A stretch of DNA of 64,000 bases from Gelidibacter sp. (GCA_010906935.1 JAAFHC010000001.1:3157-67156); one strand, 5' to 3'; numbered from the stretch's first letter, positions 49,976 through 59,893 are shown. Notes: generated from the sequence alone by a model not told the origin. Program-made: numbers and translations.

Positions 49976-51883
49976 ATGAAAAAACATTCATTTCATTTAA
50001 GTGCGTTATGCTTATTTTTTGCAATAACGACCTTAAACGCTCAACAAAAAAATGACAGTATTGAGCAATTAAACGAAGTTGTGGTGACCGCCACAAAATT
50101 TGCCATTAAAAAGGAACTCGTCGGTAAAATTATTTACCAAATTACACCCCAAGAAATTGAACATCTAAAAGGGAAATCCGTTGCGGATATTTTGGATAAT
50201 ATTGCGGGAATCAGCATTAACGGCGCAAACAGTTCTGCCGGAAAAAACAAAAGTATTTACATAAGAGGCGGGAGAGATCGCCATGTGATTGTGCTTGTTG
50301 ACGGCGTTTCGGTAAGCGATCCATCGGGCGTAAATACCACGTTCGATTTGCGTTTGCTTTCACTAAACCAAATTGAATCTATTGAAGTAATGAACGGTTC
50401 CGCAAGCACGTTGTATGGTTCTGGCGCTGCTACCGGCGTTATTAATATTAAATTGAAACAACCTGTAGATAAACCAATTTCAATGAATTATGAAATTTCA
50501 GCAGGAACCAACAATTCGCAACAAGATTCAAAATTGGATATTAACGACTTCAACCAAAATATTACGGTTAACGGAATTGTAAAGAAATTCAGTTATTTGG
50601 CTTCCGGAAATTTTTCCAATGTTGAAGGATTGTCCGATGCCAGTGACGAAAACAGCGCCGTAAAATTTGAAAGCGACCAATTTAAGGCTACAAACACTTT
50701 TGTGCGTTTAGGCTACAAATTTAATGAGAAAATTAATGTTCAGTTATTTAGCCATTACGACAAAGATGTCTATGATTTTGATGGCGGAGCATTTTCCGAT
50801 TCTGACATTAACAATGGTGAAAATGAGCAGCTTCGATTTGGTTTTTCATCTAACTTTAATTATGAGAAAGGAATTTTTTCCGCAAGTGCATCATATAACA
50901 AAAATGACAGGATTTTAGACATATTTAACAGCTGGTCAAATGCCACAGATCATTTTGAATACACGGGAAAAACCTATGTGGCTGATGTTATCAATAATTA
51001 TAAATTTACGGATCAACTTCAGTTAATCACTGGGGTGAATTACCAAAAACAAAGTAATGAAACAAACAGTCCGTATGGAGATATAGATGAAGGGTTGGCA
51101 AATTACAATACCATGGATCCTTATTTTACGGTGGTTTACAATTCACTATCTGGCTTTAATATGAATGCAGGGGCGCGCCTAAACAATCACAGCGAATACG
51201 GAAATTATTGGGTTTATAATGTGAATCCTTCGTATAATTTTTCAAAGGAATTTAGACTTATTTCCTCTTTAAGTACTGCATTTATTGCGCCAAGTACCTA
51301 TCAGTTATTTTCCCAATATGGAAATGTGGATTTAAAGCCTGAAGAAGATAAAAGTATGGAATTCGGATTTATTTATTCTTTAAAAAATAAGGTTGAAATT
51401 AATTCGGTATTCTTTTACAGAGAAGAAGAAAATGCCATTATTTTGCCCGATTATGTGACGTATTCAAATTCTGAAAAGCAATTAAATGCGCGAGGTGTTG
51501 AAACAGAAATAAAATATGAAATTTTTAAAGATGCTACAGTTAAACTTGGCCACGCATATATGTATAAAAACTCTGATACCGATTACATTCCAAAGCATAA
51601 AATAACCGCCTTAATTGAAACCAATAGTATAAAGAACACTTATTTGTCGCTACGTTTTAAAAATATTTCAAAAAGAACGTATTTTGACCAATGGGGAAGT
51701 GGGGAAAATATTAATTTGAAAGCTTATAGTTTGGTCGATGTATTTGCGAGCCACAATTTGATAAAAGACCGACTTTTATTATTTGTTCAGGCGAATAATA
51801 TTTTCAATGAAAACTATGTGGAAACCATTGGTTATACTACCAAAGGCAGAAACTTTAAAATGGGATTGAATTTTAAATTTTAA
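49976..51883 (+). CDS. btuB: TonB-dependent vitamin B12 receptor (BtuB-like)
   Basis: 635 aa. Signal peptide, plug (IEVMNGSASTLYGSGAATGVINI) and a barrel ending ...MGLNFKF. Preceded by the cobalamin riboswitch. Confidence 0.88.
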   Translation: MKKHSFHLSALCLFFAITTLNAQQKNDSIEQLNEVVVTATKFAIKKELVGKIIYQITPQEIEHLKGKSVADILDNIAGISINGANSSAGKNKSIYIRGGRDRHVIVLVDGVSVSDPSGVNTTFDLRLLSLNQIESIEVMNGSASTLYGSGAATGVINIKLKQPVDKPISMNYEISAGTNNSQQDSKLDINDFNQNITVNGIVKKFSYLASGNFSNVEGLSDASDENSAVKFESDQFKATNTFVRLGYKFNEKINVQLFSHYDKDVYDFDGGAFSDSDINNGENEQLRFGFSSNFNYEKGIFSASASYNKNDRILDIFNSWSNATDHFEYTGKTYVADVINNYKFTDQLQLITGVNYQKQSNETNSPYGDIDEGLANYNTMDPYFTVVYNSLSGFNMNAGARLNNHSEYGNYWVYNVNPSYNFSKEFRLISSLSTAFIAPSTYQLFSQYGNVDLKPEEDKSMEFGFIYSLKNKVEINSVFFYREEENAIILPDYVTYSNSEKQLNARGVETEIKYEIFKDATVKLGHAYMYKNSDTDYIPKHKITALIETNSIKNTYLSLRFKNISKRTYFDQWGSGENINLKAYSLVDVFASHNLIKDRLLLFVQANNIFNENYVETIGYTTKGRNFKMGLNFKF

Positions 51884-51924
51884 TTTAAACAAAAGGCTTT
51901 AATCCTTAAAAAGGTTAGATTTAG

Positions 51925-51989
51925 AACTTGTTTCGGTATTTTTATAATAGTTGGCTTCACTATTTTAAGATGCTGAAACAAGTTTTTTT
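51925..51989 (+). terminator. Putative terminator after btuB (10-bp outer stem with nested inner hairpin, T7 tail)
   Basis: aacttgtttc ... gaaacaagtt followed by ttttttt. Inner stem aatagt/actatt. Confidence 0.5.
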
Positions 51990-52031
51990 GTTTGGTAAAA
52001 AAGGATAACTTTGAAATTGTAAAAAATTTAA

Positions 52032-52652
52032 ATGAATTACGAAATTTTAGGGTCGTTTTTAGTTGCCTCTATGTTGCTCACCATTATGCCGGGACCCGAT
52101 ATTATTTATGTATTGGTTCAAAGTATGACCAATGGCAAAAAATATGGTATTGCCACTTCACTAGGTTTGGTTTCAGGCATAATTATTCACACCTCTTTAG
52201 TGGCTTTTGGCGTTTCGGCTTTGATAAAACAATCGGAAAACATCTATTTTGCAATCAAATTGTTTGGCGCATTGTACTTATTTTATTTGGCTTATCTAAC
52301 TTTTAGATCGGATGAAGAATTGGTGTTGAATAAGAAAGCAGATAAAAAAAGCCTGATAAAACTTTTTAAACAAGGATTTATTATGAATGTTTTAAATCCG
52401 AAGGTTTCTATTTTCTTTTTAGCATTTTTCCCCGGATTTCTTTACAGTTCTTCGCAAAGTACAGTAATGCAATTTTATGTTTTGGGCGGACTGTTTATGC
52501 TTCAGGCATTGGTTATTTTCTCCATGGTTTCCGTTTTGTCTGGAAATTTCGCATCTTATCTAAAAACGCATCCAACCTTCAACTCAAAAATTAAATGGTT
52601 TAAAATTATTGTGTTTGTAGGGATTGCTCTTTTTATCCTTTTTTCTTCATAG
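52032..52652 (+). CDS. LysE/RhtB-family amino-acid efflux protein
   Basis: 206 aa, 5-6 TM. N-terminal PGPDIIYV motif and LNPKVSIFFLAFFP. Confidence 0.85.
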   Translation: MNYEILGSFLVASMLLTIMPGPDIIYVLVQSMTNGKKYGIATSLGLVSGIIIHTSLVAFGVSALIKQSENIYFAIKLFGALYLFYLAYLTFRSDEELVLNKKADKKSLIKLFKQGFIMNVLNPKVSIFFLAFFPGFLYSSSQSTVMQFYVLGGLFMLQALVIFSMVSVLSGNFASYLKTHPTFNSKIKWFKIIVFVGIALFILFSS

Positions 52653-52673
52653 GTTTTGTATATTTGAAAACCC

Positions 52674-53531
52674 ATGAAAAAAGTAAAACTCATAGAATGT
52701 CCAAGAGATGCCATGCAAGGCATAAAATCGCATTTTATTTCTTCTGAAGTCAAAGCACAATATATAAATGCATTGCTTCGGGTGGGTTTTGATACGATAG
52801 ATTTTGGCAGTTTTGTTTCACCAAAAGCAATACCTCAAATGCGAGATACTGTGGAAGTGCTATCAAAACTTGATTTGAGTAAAACCCAAAGTAAATTATT
52901 GGCGATTGTGGCCAATGTTCGTGGGGCAGAGGAGGCTTCACAATTTGAAGAAATCACCTATTTGGGTTATCCTTTTTCAATTTCAGAGAATTTTCAAATG
53001 CGAAATACCGGCAAAACGATTATAGAATCCATTGAAATTTTGAATGAAATATTGAGCATCGCCGCCAAAACCAATAAAGAAGTGGTTGCGTATTTATCCA
53101 TGGGTTTTGGAAATCCGTATGGAGATCCATGGAATGTTGAAATTGTCTCAAACTGGACGGAAAAGCTTTCAAAAATGGGCGTTAAAATTTTATCCTTGTC
53201 TGATACTGTCGGAAGTTCAACGCCTGAAATTATCGAATATCTTTTTTCGAATTTAATTCCGGCTTATTCCTCCATTGAATTTGGCGCACACCTGCATACA
53301 ACACCAACAACTTGGTTTGAAAAAGTTGATGCGGCCTACAAAGCTGGGTGTAATCGTTTTGATGGTGCCATCATGGGCTACGGCGGTTGTCCGATGGCGA
53401 AGGACGATCTTACCGGAAATATGCCTACGGAAAAACTAATTTCTTACTTCAATCAGCAAAAAGCATCGACAAATATCAATGCGATGAGTTTTGAAAGCGC
53501 ATATAATGAGGCTTTGAAAATTTTCAGCTAA
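52674..53531 (+). CDS. Hydroxymethylglutaryl-CoA lyase-like (HMGL family) enzyme
   Basis: 285 aa. TIM-barrel HMGL motifs: ECPRDAMQG at the N-terminus, LSDTVG and GAHLHTT. Confidence 0.82.
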   Translation: MKKVKLIECPRDAMQGIKSHFISSEVKAQYINALLRVGFDTIDFGSFVSPKAIPQMRDTVEVLSKLDLSKTQSKLLAIVANVRGAEEASQFEEITYLGYPFSISENFQMRNTGKTIIESIEILNEILSIAAKTNKEVVAYLSMGFGNPYGDPWNVEIVSNWTEKLSKMGVKILSLSDTVGSSTPEIIEYLFSNLIPAYSSIEFGAHLHTTPTTWFEKVDAAYKAGCNRFDGAIMGYGGCPMAKDDLTGNMPTEKLISYFNQQKASTNINAMSFESAYNEALKIFS

Positions 53532-53597
53532 TTCTTAATTACTTAAAAATCAATCATATAGTTTTTTGTATTTTTCTATAATATGACATAAGTCATC

Positions 53598-53682
53598 TTA
53601 TTTATAATTATTCTAAATAAAGCTTTTTTATTTCTCGTATCTTATATATTTTTGTGCTATTATTTATAATAAGTCTAAATAA
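53598..53682 (+). promoter_or_regulatory. Two copies of a 23-bp near-palindrome TTATTTA-N9-TAAATAA (53598-53620 and 53660-53682): candidate operator pair
   Basis: ttatttataattattctaaataa versus ttatttataataagtctaaataa (19/23 identical, starts 62 bp apart). The second copy starts 6 bp after the -7 box. A separate palindrome ATGACataaGTCAT lies at 53583-53596. Confidence 0.4.
53647..53654 (+). promoter_or_regulatory. Candidate -7 promoter box (TAnnTTTG) for the porin gene
   Basis: tatttttg lies 57 bp upstream of the ATG at 53711. Confidence 0.4.
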
Positions 53683-53710
53683 AAATTAATTAATTAACTT
53701 AAATCAAAAA

Positions 53711-54850
53711 ATGAAAAATATTAGATTAGCATTAGCATTATTGATTGGTTTCACAGGGTTTGCACAAGAAAACTCAGAGAATACTTATCAAAATTCAGGA
53801 AACAAATTATTAGGTGATCACTTGGGTAAAGGCATCACAATTGGGGGGTATGCGCAAATTGACTATAATGAACCCGACGGTTCAAAAGCGGGGAAATTAG
53901 ATGTACACCGATTGGTATTACTTTTTGGGTATAAATTTAATGAAAAGGTGAGTTTTTTAACTGAAATTGAATATGAGCATGTCTCGGAAGTTTACGTAGA
54001 GCAAGCCTATATAAAATATAAATTAAATGAAAATGTAAATGTGTTGGCAGGTTTAATGTTGGTACCCATGGGGATTATTAATGAATATCATGAGCCAACA
54101 ACATATTATGGGGTAGAACGCCCAAATGTTGACAATGTTATTGTACCAACTACTTGGAGAGAATTGGGAGCAGGGATTTCAGGAAGAATAGACAATGCTT
54201 CTTTAAAATATCAAGCTTATGTATTCAACGGTTTTAAATCTTATGCTGGTGGCGCAGGAGTTTTAAGAGGATCGGACGGATTAAGAAAAGGACGTCAAAA
54301 AGGGGCAGAGTCGGTTGTTAGTTCACCCAACTTCTCCACTAAATTGGATTATTACGGAATTGCCGGACTTAGAATAGGATTGTCGGGCTATTTTGGTAAA
54401 ACCCAAACAGATGACACTTCTGTTGAAGGTTCAACTATTGGGATTTCAATGATTGGCCTGGATGCCCGTTATAAATACAATAATTTAGAATTAAGAGGAC
54501 AATATATTAACGCTGATTTATCTGACACGAAAGAATACAATACCTTAACCGGTAAAGATTTGGGCTCTAAAATGACCGGATTGTATGCTGAAATTGCTTA
54601 TGGGTTTGATTTAAAAGGGGAAGAAAAACTGACTCCGTTTTTAAGATATGAAAAGTACAATACACACGCTGAAACTGAAGGAAGTTTAGTGGCAAATAAG
54701 GCTTTTGACAAAAATGAATTGGTTTTTGGCTTAAACTATAAAGTTGCCGATGGCGCTGCATTTAAAGTTGATTATCAGTTGGTTAATAATGCGGTTTCAG
54801 GAAGTAATGCCGCAAAACAATTCAATGCCGGTGTTGCCATTTGGTTCTAA
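53711..54850 (+). CDS. Outer-membrane beta-barrel porin-like protein
   Basis: 379 aa. Signal peptide ending FAQ, alternating-hydrophobic strands throughout and C-terminal aromatic signal ...GVAIWF. Confidence 0.65.
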   Translation: MKNIRLALALLIGFTGFAQENSENTYQNSGNKLLGDHLGKGITIGGYAQIDYNEPDGSKAGKLDVHRLVLLFGYKFNEKVSFLTEIEYEHVSEVYVEQAYIKYKLNENVNVLAGLMLVPMGIINEYHEPTTYYGVERPNVDNVIVPTTWRELGAGISGRIDNASLKYQAYVFNGFKSYAGGAGVLRGSDGLRKGRQKGAESVVSSPNFSTKLDYYGIAGLRIGLSGYFGKTQTDDTSVEGSTIGISMIGLDARYKYNNLELRGQYINADLSDTKEYNTLTGKDLGSKMTGLYAEIAYGFDLKGEEKLTPFLRYEKYNTHAETEGSLVANKAFDKNELVFGLNYKVADGAAFKVDYQLVNNAVSGSNAAKQFNAGVAIWF

Positions 54851-54859
54851 AATAATGAT

Positions 54860-54928
54860 TTAAATTTCCGCTATTCTGAACCTGCTTGCCAGTAGGCTGG
54901 TTCAGAATGACGGATTTAATTGTTTTTT
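54860..54928 (+). terminator. Long hairpin plus T-tract between the porin and FMN-binding genes
   Basis: Arms ttaaatttccgctattctgaacc / tggttcagaatgacggatttaatt around loop tgcttgccagtaggc, then gttttttg. The core gaacctgcttgccagtaggc resembles the GC hairpin of repeat copy A. Confidence 0.65.
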
Positions 54929-54960
54929 GTTAGGAACCATTCAATTTAAAAATTTATAAA

Positions 54961-55485
54961 ATGAAAAAAATAGCCATTTTAACAATTATAGTGCTTGTAG
55001 TTTCAAGTTTCACAACAAATAAAAAGATTGAAGCCTTAATTGAAAAAGAAATTAAAACAGCATTTAATTTGGAAAAATATTCTAAGCAGCCAATAGCTGT
55101 TTCTTCGGAAGTAAAGGAAACACTTCCAATAAAAATTGATGAAACCAATTTCTTTAAAATTAACGGCAAGGATAAATTATTAGGCTATTATTATTTAGGT
55201 CAAGCATTTGGCAAAGCCGATTATTTCGATTTTATTGTTATTTTTGACAAAGACTTGATTGTTTCAAAAGTAAAAGTATTGGTTTATAGAGAAGACCATG
55301 GAGGCGAAGTAGGCAGTAAACGTTGGTTGAACCAGTTCAATGGAAAAACAAAAGAGGAAACTTTAGAATATCAAAAAGACATTGCAGCAATTTCCGGAGC
55401 AACAATTTCAGCAAAATCAATGACTAATGAGGTAAATAAACTGCTTAAAACAGTAACAATTTTATATAACAAAAAACAAATTTAA
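54961..55485 (+). CDS. Extracytoplasmic FMN-binding domain protein (FMN_bind, NqrC/RnfG-like)
   Basis: 174 aa. N-terminal signal/anchor. Canonical flavinylation motif DIAAISGATISAKS (S-G-A-T). Confidence 0.8.
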   Translation: MKKIAILTIIVLVVSSFTTNKKIEALIEKEIKTAFNLEKYSKQPIAVSSEVKETLPIKIDETNFFKINGKDKLLGYYYLGQAFGKADYFDFIVIFDKDLIVSKVKVLVYREDHGGEVGSKRWLNQFNGKTKEETLEYQKDIAAISGATISAKSMTNEVNKLLKTVTILYNKKQI

Positions 55486-55979
55486 TGCAAATTCACGGAC
55501 TCATACATCAATTTCCTAAAGAAATAAAATCGCTCATTTTTGTATTCATTATTGTGCTTAGTGTAGGATTTTATGGTGGTTTGAGTTTTGTGAACAACAC
55601 AACTTCTATGAGTTCCTCGGAAATTGAAAGTCATTATTTAGGAAATGAAAACGATGAAGCTGCTGAAGTCATGAAATTCAAAAAAAGCGAGTCTGAAATA
55701 CTTACCATTGTTCACAATCACATTCTTTCTATGTCGGTGATTTTCTTTTTGCTTTCCTTAATTCTTGCCACAACATCCATCAATAAAAAGTTCAAGTATT
55801 TTTTAATGATAGAACCTTTTTTCTCCATTATTTTAACTTTTGGTGGCATTTATTTGCTTTGGAGCGGAATAATTTGGTTTAAATATGTGGTCATATTTTC
55901 GGGAATATTGATGACTTTTAGTTTTGTGTCGGCCACAATTGCAATAGGAACTCAAATTTTATTTTCAAAAAAGCCATAA
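55485..55979 (+). CDS. Hypothetical 4-TM membrane protein with conserved-looking His residues
   Basis: 164 aa. Start codon overlaps the upstream stop (TAATG). Four hydrophobic helices. His in ESHYLG and in VHNHILS at the edge of TM2. Confidence 0.6.
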   Translation: MQIHGLIHQFPKEIKSLIFVFIIVLSVGFYGGLSFVNNTTSMSSSEIESHYLGNENDEAAEVMKFKKSESEILTIVHNHILSMSVIFFLLSLILATTSINKKFKYFLMIEPFFSIILTFGGIYLLWSGIIWFKYVVIFSGILMTFSFVSATIAIGTQILFSKKP

Positions 55980-56030
55980 ATAGCGCTATTTAATTTAAAT
56001 AGTCTAAATTTGCACGCAATTAATTATTAA

Positions 56031-57512
<1,482 letters not shown>

Positions 57513-57562
57513 TTTTTAGGAATGCAATACCATTTAAAAATTCAATTGGTATAAAACAAAGT

Positions 57563-57624
57563 AAAATTTTTGTAGTTTTAATTGCTGAATAAAGCTTTTA
57601 ATAACTGCAAAAATTTTCTTTTTT
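57563..57624 (+). terminator. Long-stem hairpin terminator after guaB
   Basis: aaaatttttgtag ... ctgcaaaaatttt (13 bp, one G-U) followed by cttttttag. Confidence 0.55.
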
Positions 57625-57646
57625 AGAAGAAATCAAAAAAATAAAT

Positions 57647-59035
57647 TTAGGAAAAATTAAGTTCAAACGGAGCGCTAACGTAGTCTAACGGAACAATGCT
57701 CGTGCTATTTTTGCCTACATAAGCATTTAAAATCCGCCGAACATCATTATTCTCTTTTTGTGCATTCAGCAAATTGAAATAATCTTCAACGGAGGTGATC
57801 TTTTTTTTCTTGCTGGCGTAGCCAAATCCTTTGTAAATTCCGTTTAAAATTAAAACATAGGCATATTCATTGGTGGTTCTGCCAGTTTCTTTAATGATAA
57901 AGTTCTCTGTATTAAATTTTAAGGAATCAATGGCTTCTCGCACCCTTAAATTATACAATTCAACAGGTTCTTCTTCTTTGCAAACACCTTTGCATTTTTT
58001 TATTTGGTAATGAAAACAAGTGGAAACATTGGTTTGTAAATGACAGTATTTCGGACATAATTCAAATTCTTCGCATAGTTTTTCCAGAAAAATTCGGCAT
58101 TCCGTAATGTTTGAAAACTTCATTAACGGAGATGTAATTAATTTTAATCGGTTGTAAGCCAAATGAATAATACCATCTCTATCTTCATAAGTAAACAACC
58201 CGATACTTTCCTGAGCCCTTCTTTGTGCCCGATTGTATTTGGGAAATATATTTTTTATTTCCGAAGATTCCAAAAGCAACGCCAACAGTTCACTGCCGGT
58301 TTCAACGTACGAAACATGGCTGGTTTCCAAGCACATGGTAATTTCTTTTTTTGTTTTGTCGTAAAAATGGCTCAGCACGCGTTGTTTTATATTTTTTGCT
58401 TTTCCAACATAAATGACTTCATTTTTCTCATTTTTGAAATAATAAACACCCGAATTTTCTGAAAGTTCATCAACTGTTTTTTTTGGTAATAAAGGCGGTA
58501 AAGTCGATTGTTTTGACCGCGGATTTAAAAAGGAATTGAATACATTTTCGGTATCCAGTCGCAACAATTTTTCAAATAAAATCACAGTGGCTTCCGCATC
58601 TCCTTTTGCCCGGTGCCTGTCTTTAATTACAATATTTTGCGTAATGCAAAGCGCGCCCAAACTGTACGATCTTAAATTGGGAATTAATTTTCTGGACAAG
58701 CGAACGGTGCACAATTTTTTTCGTTTAAATTCAAATCCTAAATCTTTAAATTCCTTTTGTATGATGTTGTAATCGAAGTTTACGTTGTGCGCCACAAAAA
58801 TGGTGTCTTTGGTAATTTCGGCCACTTTTTTGGCAATTTCATAAAATTTAGGGGCATTACTCACCATTGCATTGGTAATTCCCGTTAAATTGGTGATAAA
58901 AGGAGGGATGCTGCATTCCGGATTTACAAGTGTCGTAAACTCGTCAATTATTTTTTCTCCATCATACACAAAAATGGAAATTTCTGTTATTTTGGAACTG
59001 TGTCCGGTGGTTTCTATGTCAATGATTGTATACAT
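57647..59035 (-). CDS. DnaQ-like DEDDh 3'-5' exonuclease fused to a GIY-YIG (UvrC/Cho N-terminal-half-like) nuclease domain
   Basis: 462 aa. Exo motifs IIDIETTG, AHNVNFDYNI and HRAKGDAEAT. GIY-YIG motif GVYYFKNEKNEVIYVGKAKNIKQRVLSHF. Cys cluster CPKYCHLQ...CFHYQIKKCKGVC. The start codon abuts the stop of the S24 repressor gene. Confidence 0.85.
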   Translation of the reverse strand: MYTIIDIETTGHSSKITEISIFVYDGEKIIDEFTTLVNPECSIPPFITNLTGITNAMVSNAPKFYEIAKKVAEITKDTIFVAHNVNFDYNIIQKEFKDLGFEFKRKKLCTVRLSRKLIPNLRSYSLGALCITQNIVIKDRHRAKGDAEATVILFEKLLRLDTENVFNSFLNPRSKQSTLPPLLPKKTVDELSENSGVYYFKNEKNEVIYVGKAKNIKQRVLSHFYDKTKKEITMCLETSHVSYVETGSELLALLLESSEIKNIFPKYNRAQRRAQESIGLFTYEDRDGIIHLAYNRLKLITSPLMKFSNITECRIFLEKLCEEFELCPKYCHLQTNVSTCFHYQIKKCKGVCKEEEPVELYNLRVREAIDSLKFNTENFIIKETGRTTNEYAYVLILNGIYKGFGYASKKKKITSVEDYFNLLNAQKENNDVRRILNAYVGKNSTSIVPLDYVSAPFELNFS

Positions 59036-59809
59036 TTATTTGATCGATTTTTCAAGTGCTTTTAACTCAATGCCCAACTGATTTAGCATGGAGGCAATGC
59101 TGCTTATTTTTAATTCGTGTTCCTCGTATTCCTGTGTGTTGATACTGCAGGTAAATTCCCACAATTCCAATATTTCATCAACAGGCACGTAATAAGGATC
59201 GTATTTTTTGTTGTCGGAAACCAGTAAAAGCATGTTATTTTCTTCCAATTTATTAAAAACCCGTTTGTAAACAATGCCGTCGTTTAACGTGAGCACAATA
59301 TACGTTTTACCGTCTTTTAGGTTGCTGATTTCTTCAACAAAACGTGCCACAATATAAGAACCGCTTTTCACTGGCAGCATAGAATCTCCTTTTATGGGAA
59401 ATGCGCGGTGTGTTCCCGTGGGCAAAAACGGCAGTTTTATTTTTTCCAAATGCTCAATATATTCCGGGTCGGCATAGCCTCTTAAATAACCTGCGGAAGC
59501 TTCAACAGGAATAATTTCTATCAAATCTTCGTTGGCGCCATCTACGGTAATTGGAAATAAAACCCTTCTGTTTCCAATTTCAATAAACGAAACATCTTTT
59601 GCGCCAGACAAATCATTTTTGATTAAAATATCAATGGGGATTTTAAAATAATCGGACAAGTCAATTAAAAATTCAATAGGAGGAATGGCCCTGTTTTCTT
59701 CATAAGAACTTATGCGTGAGCGGGAGACTTTTAAATCCTCCGCAAATTGTTCCTGCGTGAATCCTTTTAAGGTCCTGATGTGTTTGATATTTTGTGACAA
59801 ATAATTCAT
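59036..59809 (-). CDS. CI-like HTH (XRE) + S24 peptidase repressor: non-canonical LexA-type SOS regulator
   Basis: 257 aa. HTH IKHIRTLKGFTQEQFAEDLKVSRSRISSYEENR. Ala-Gly cleavage context VEASAGYL. Ser in KGDSMLP and Lys in IVYKRV. Confidence 0.85.
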   Translation of the reverse strand: MNYLSQNIKHIRTLKGFTQEQFAEDLKVSRSRISSYEENRAIPPIEFLIDLSDYFKIPIDILIKNDLSGAKDVSFIEIGNRRVLFPITVDGANEDLIEIIPVEASAGYLRGYADPEYIEHLEKIKLPFLPTGTHRAFPIKGDSMLPVKSGSYIVARFVEEISNLKDGKTYIVLTLNDGIVYKRVFNKLEENNMLLLVSDNKKYDPYYVPVDEILELWEFTCSINTQEYEEHELKISSIASMLNQLGIELKALEKSIK

Positions 59810-59811
59810 AA

Positions 59812-59860
59812 TGCTAAATTTATGAGCAACAATTGCTAATATTTTGAGCTAATTTAGCAA
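59812..59860. promoter_or_regulatory. Candidate operator(s) in the divergent promoter region: GCTAA-based palindromes
   Basis: Perfect 11-bp palindrome GCTAATTTAGC (59848-59858). TTGCTAA (59833-59839) is complementary to TTAGCAA (59854-59860). The 9-bp inverted repeat is TGCTAAATT (59812-59820) / AATTTAGCA (59851-59859). A near -7 box TATTTTG sits at 59840-59846. Confidence 0.45.
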
Positions 59861-59893
59861 AAAAAAGTTTACCGCCTAATTTTTTCTGAAAAA

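Noticed and set aside
59036-59809. Prophage CI repressor marking an integrated phage
   Set aside because: No integrase, cro/antirepressor, structural or lysis genes are nearby. The flanking genes are cellular DNA repair and polymerase genes, and I saw no composition change. A chromosomal SOS-regulator role fits better.
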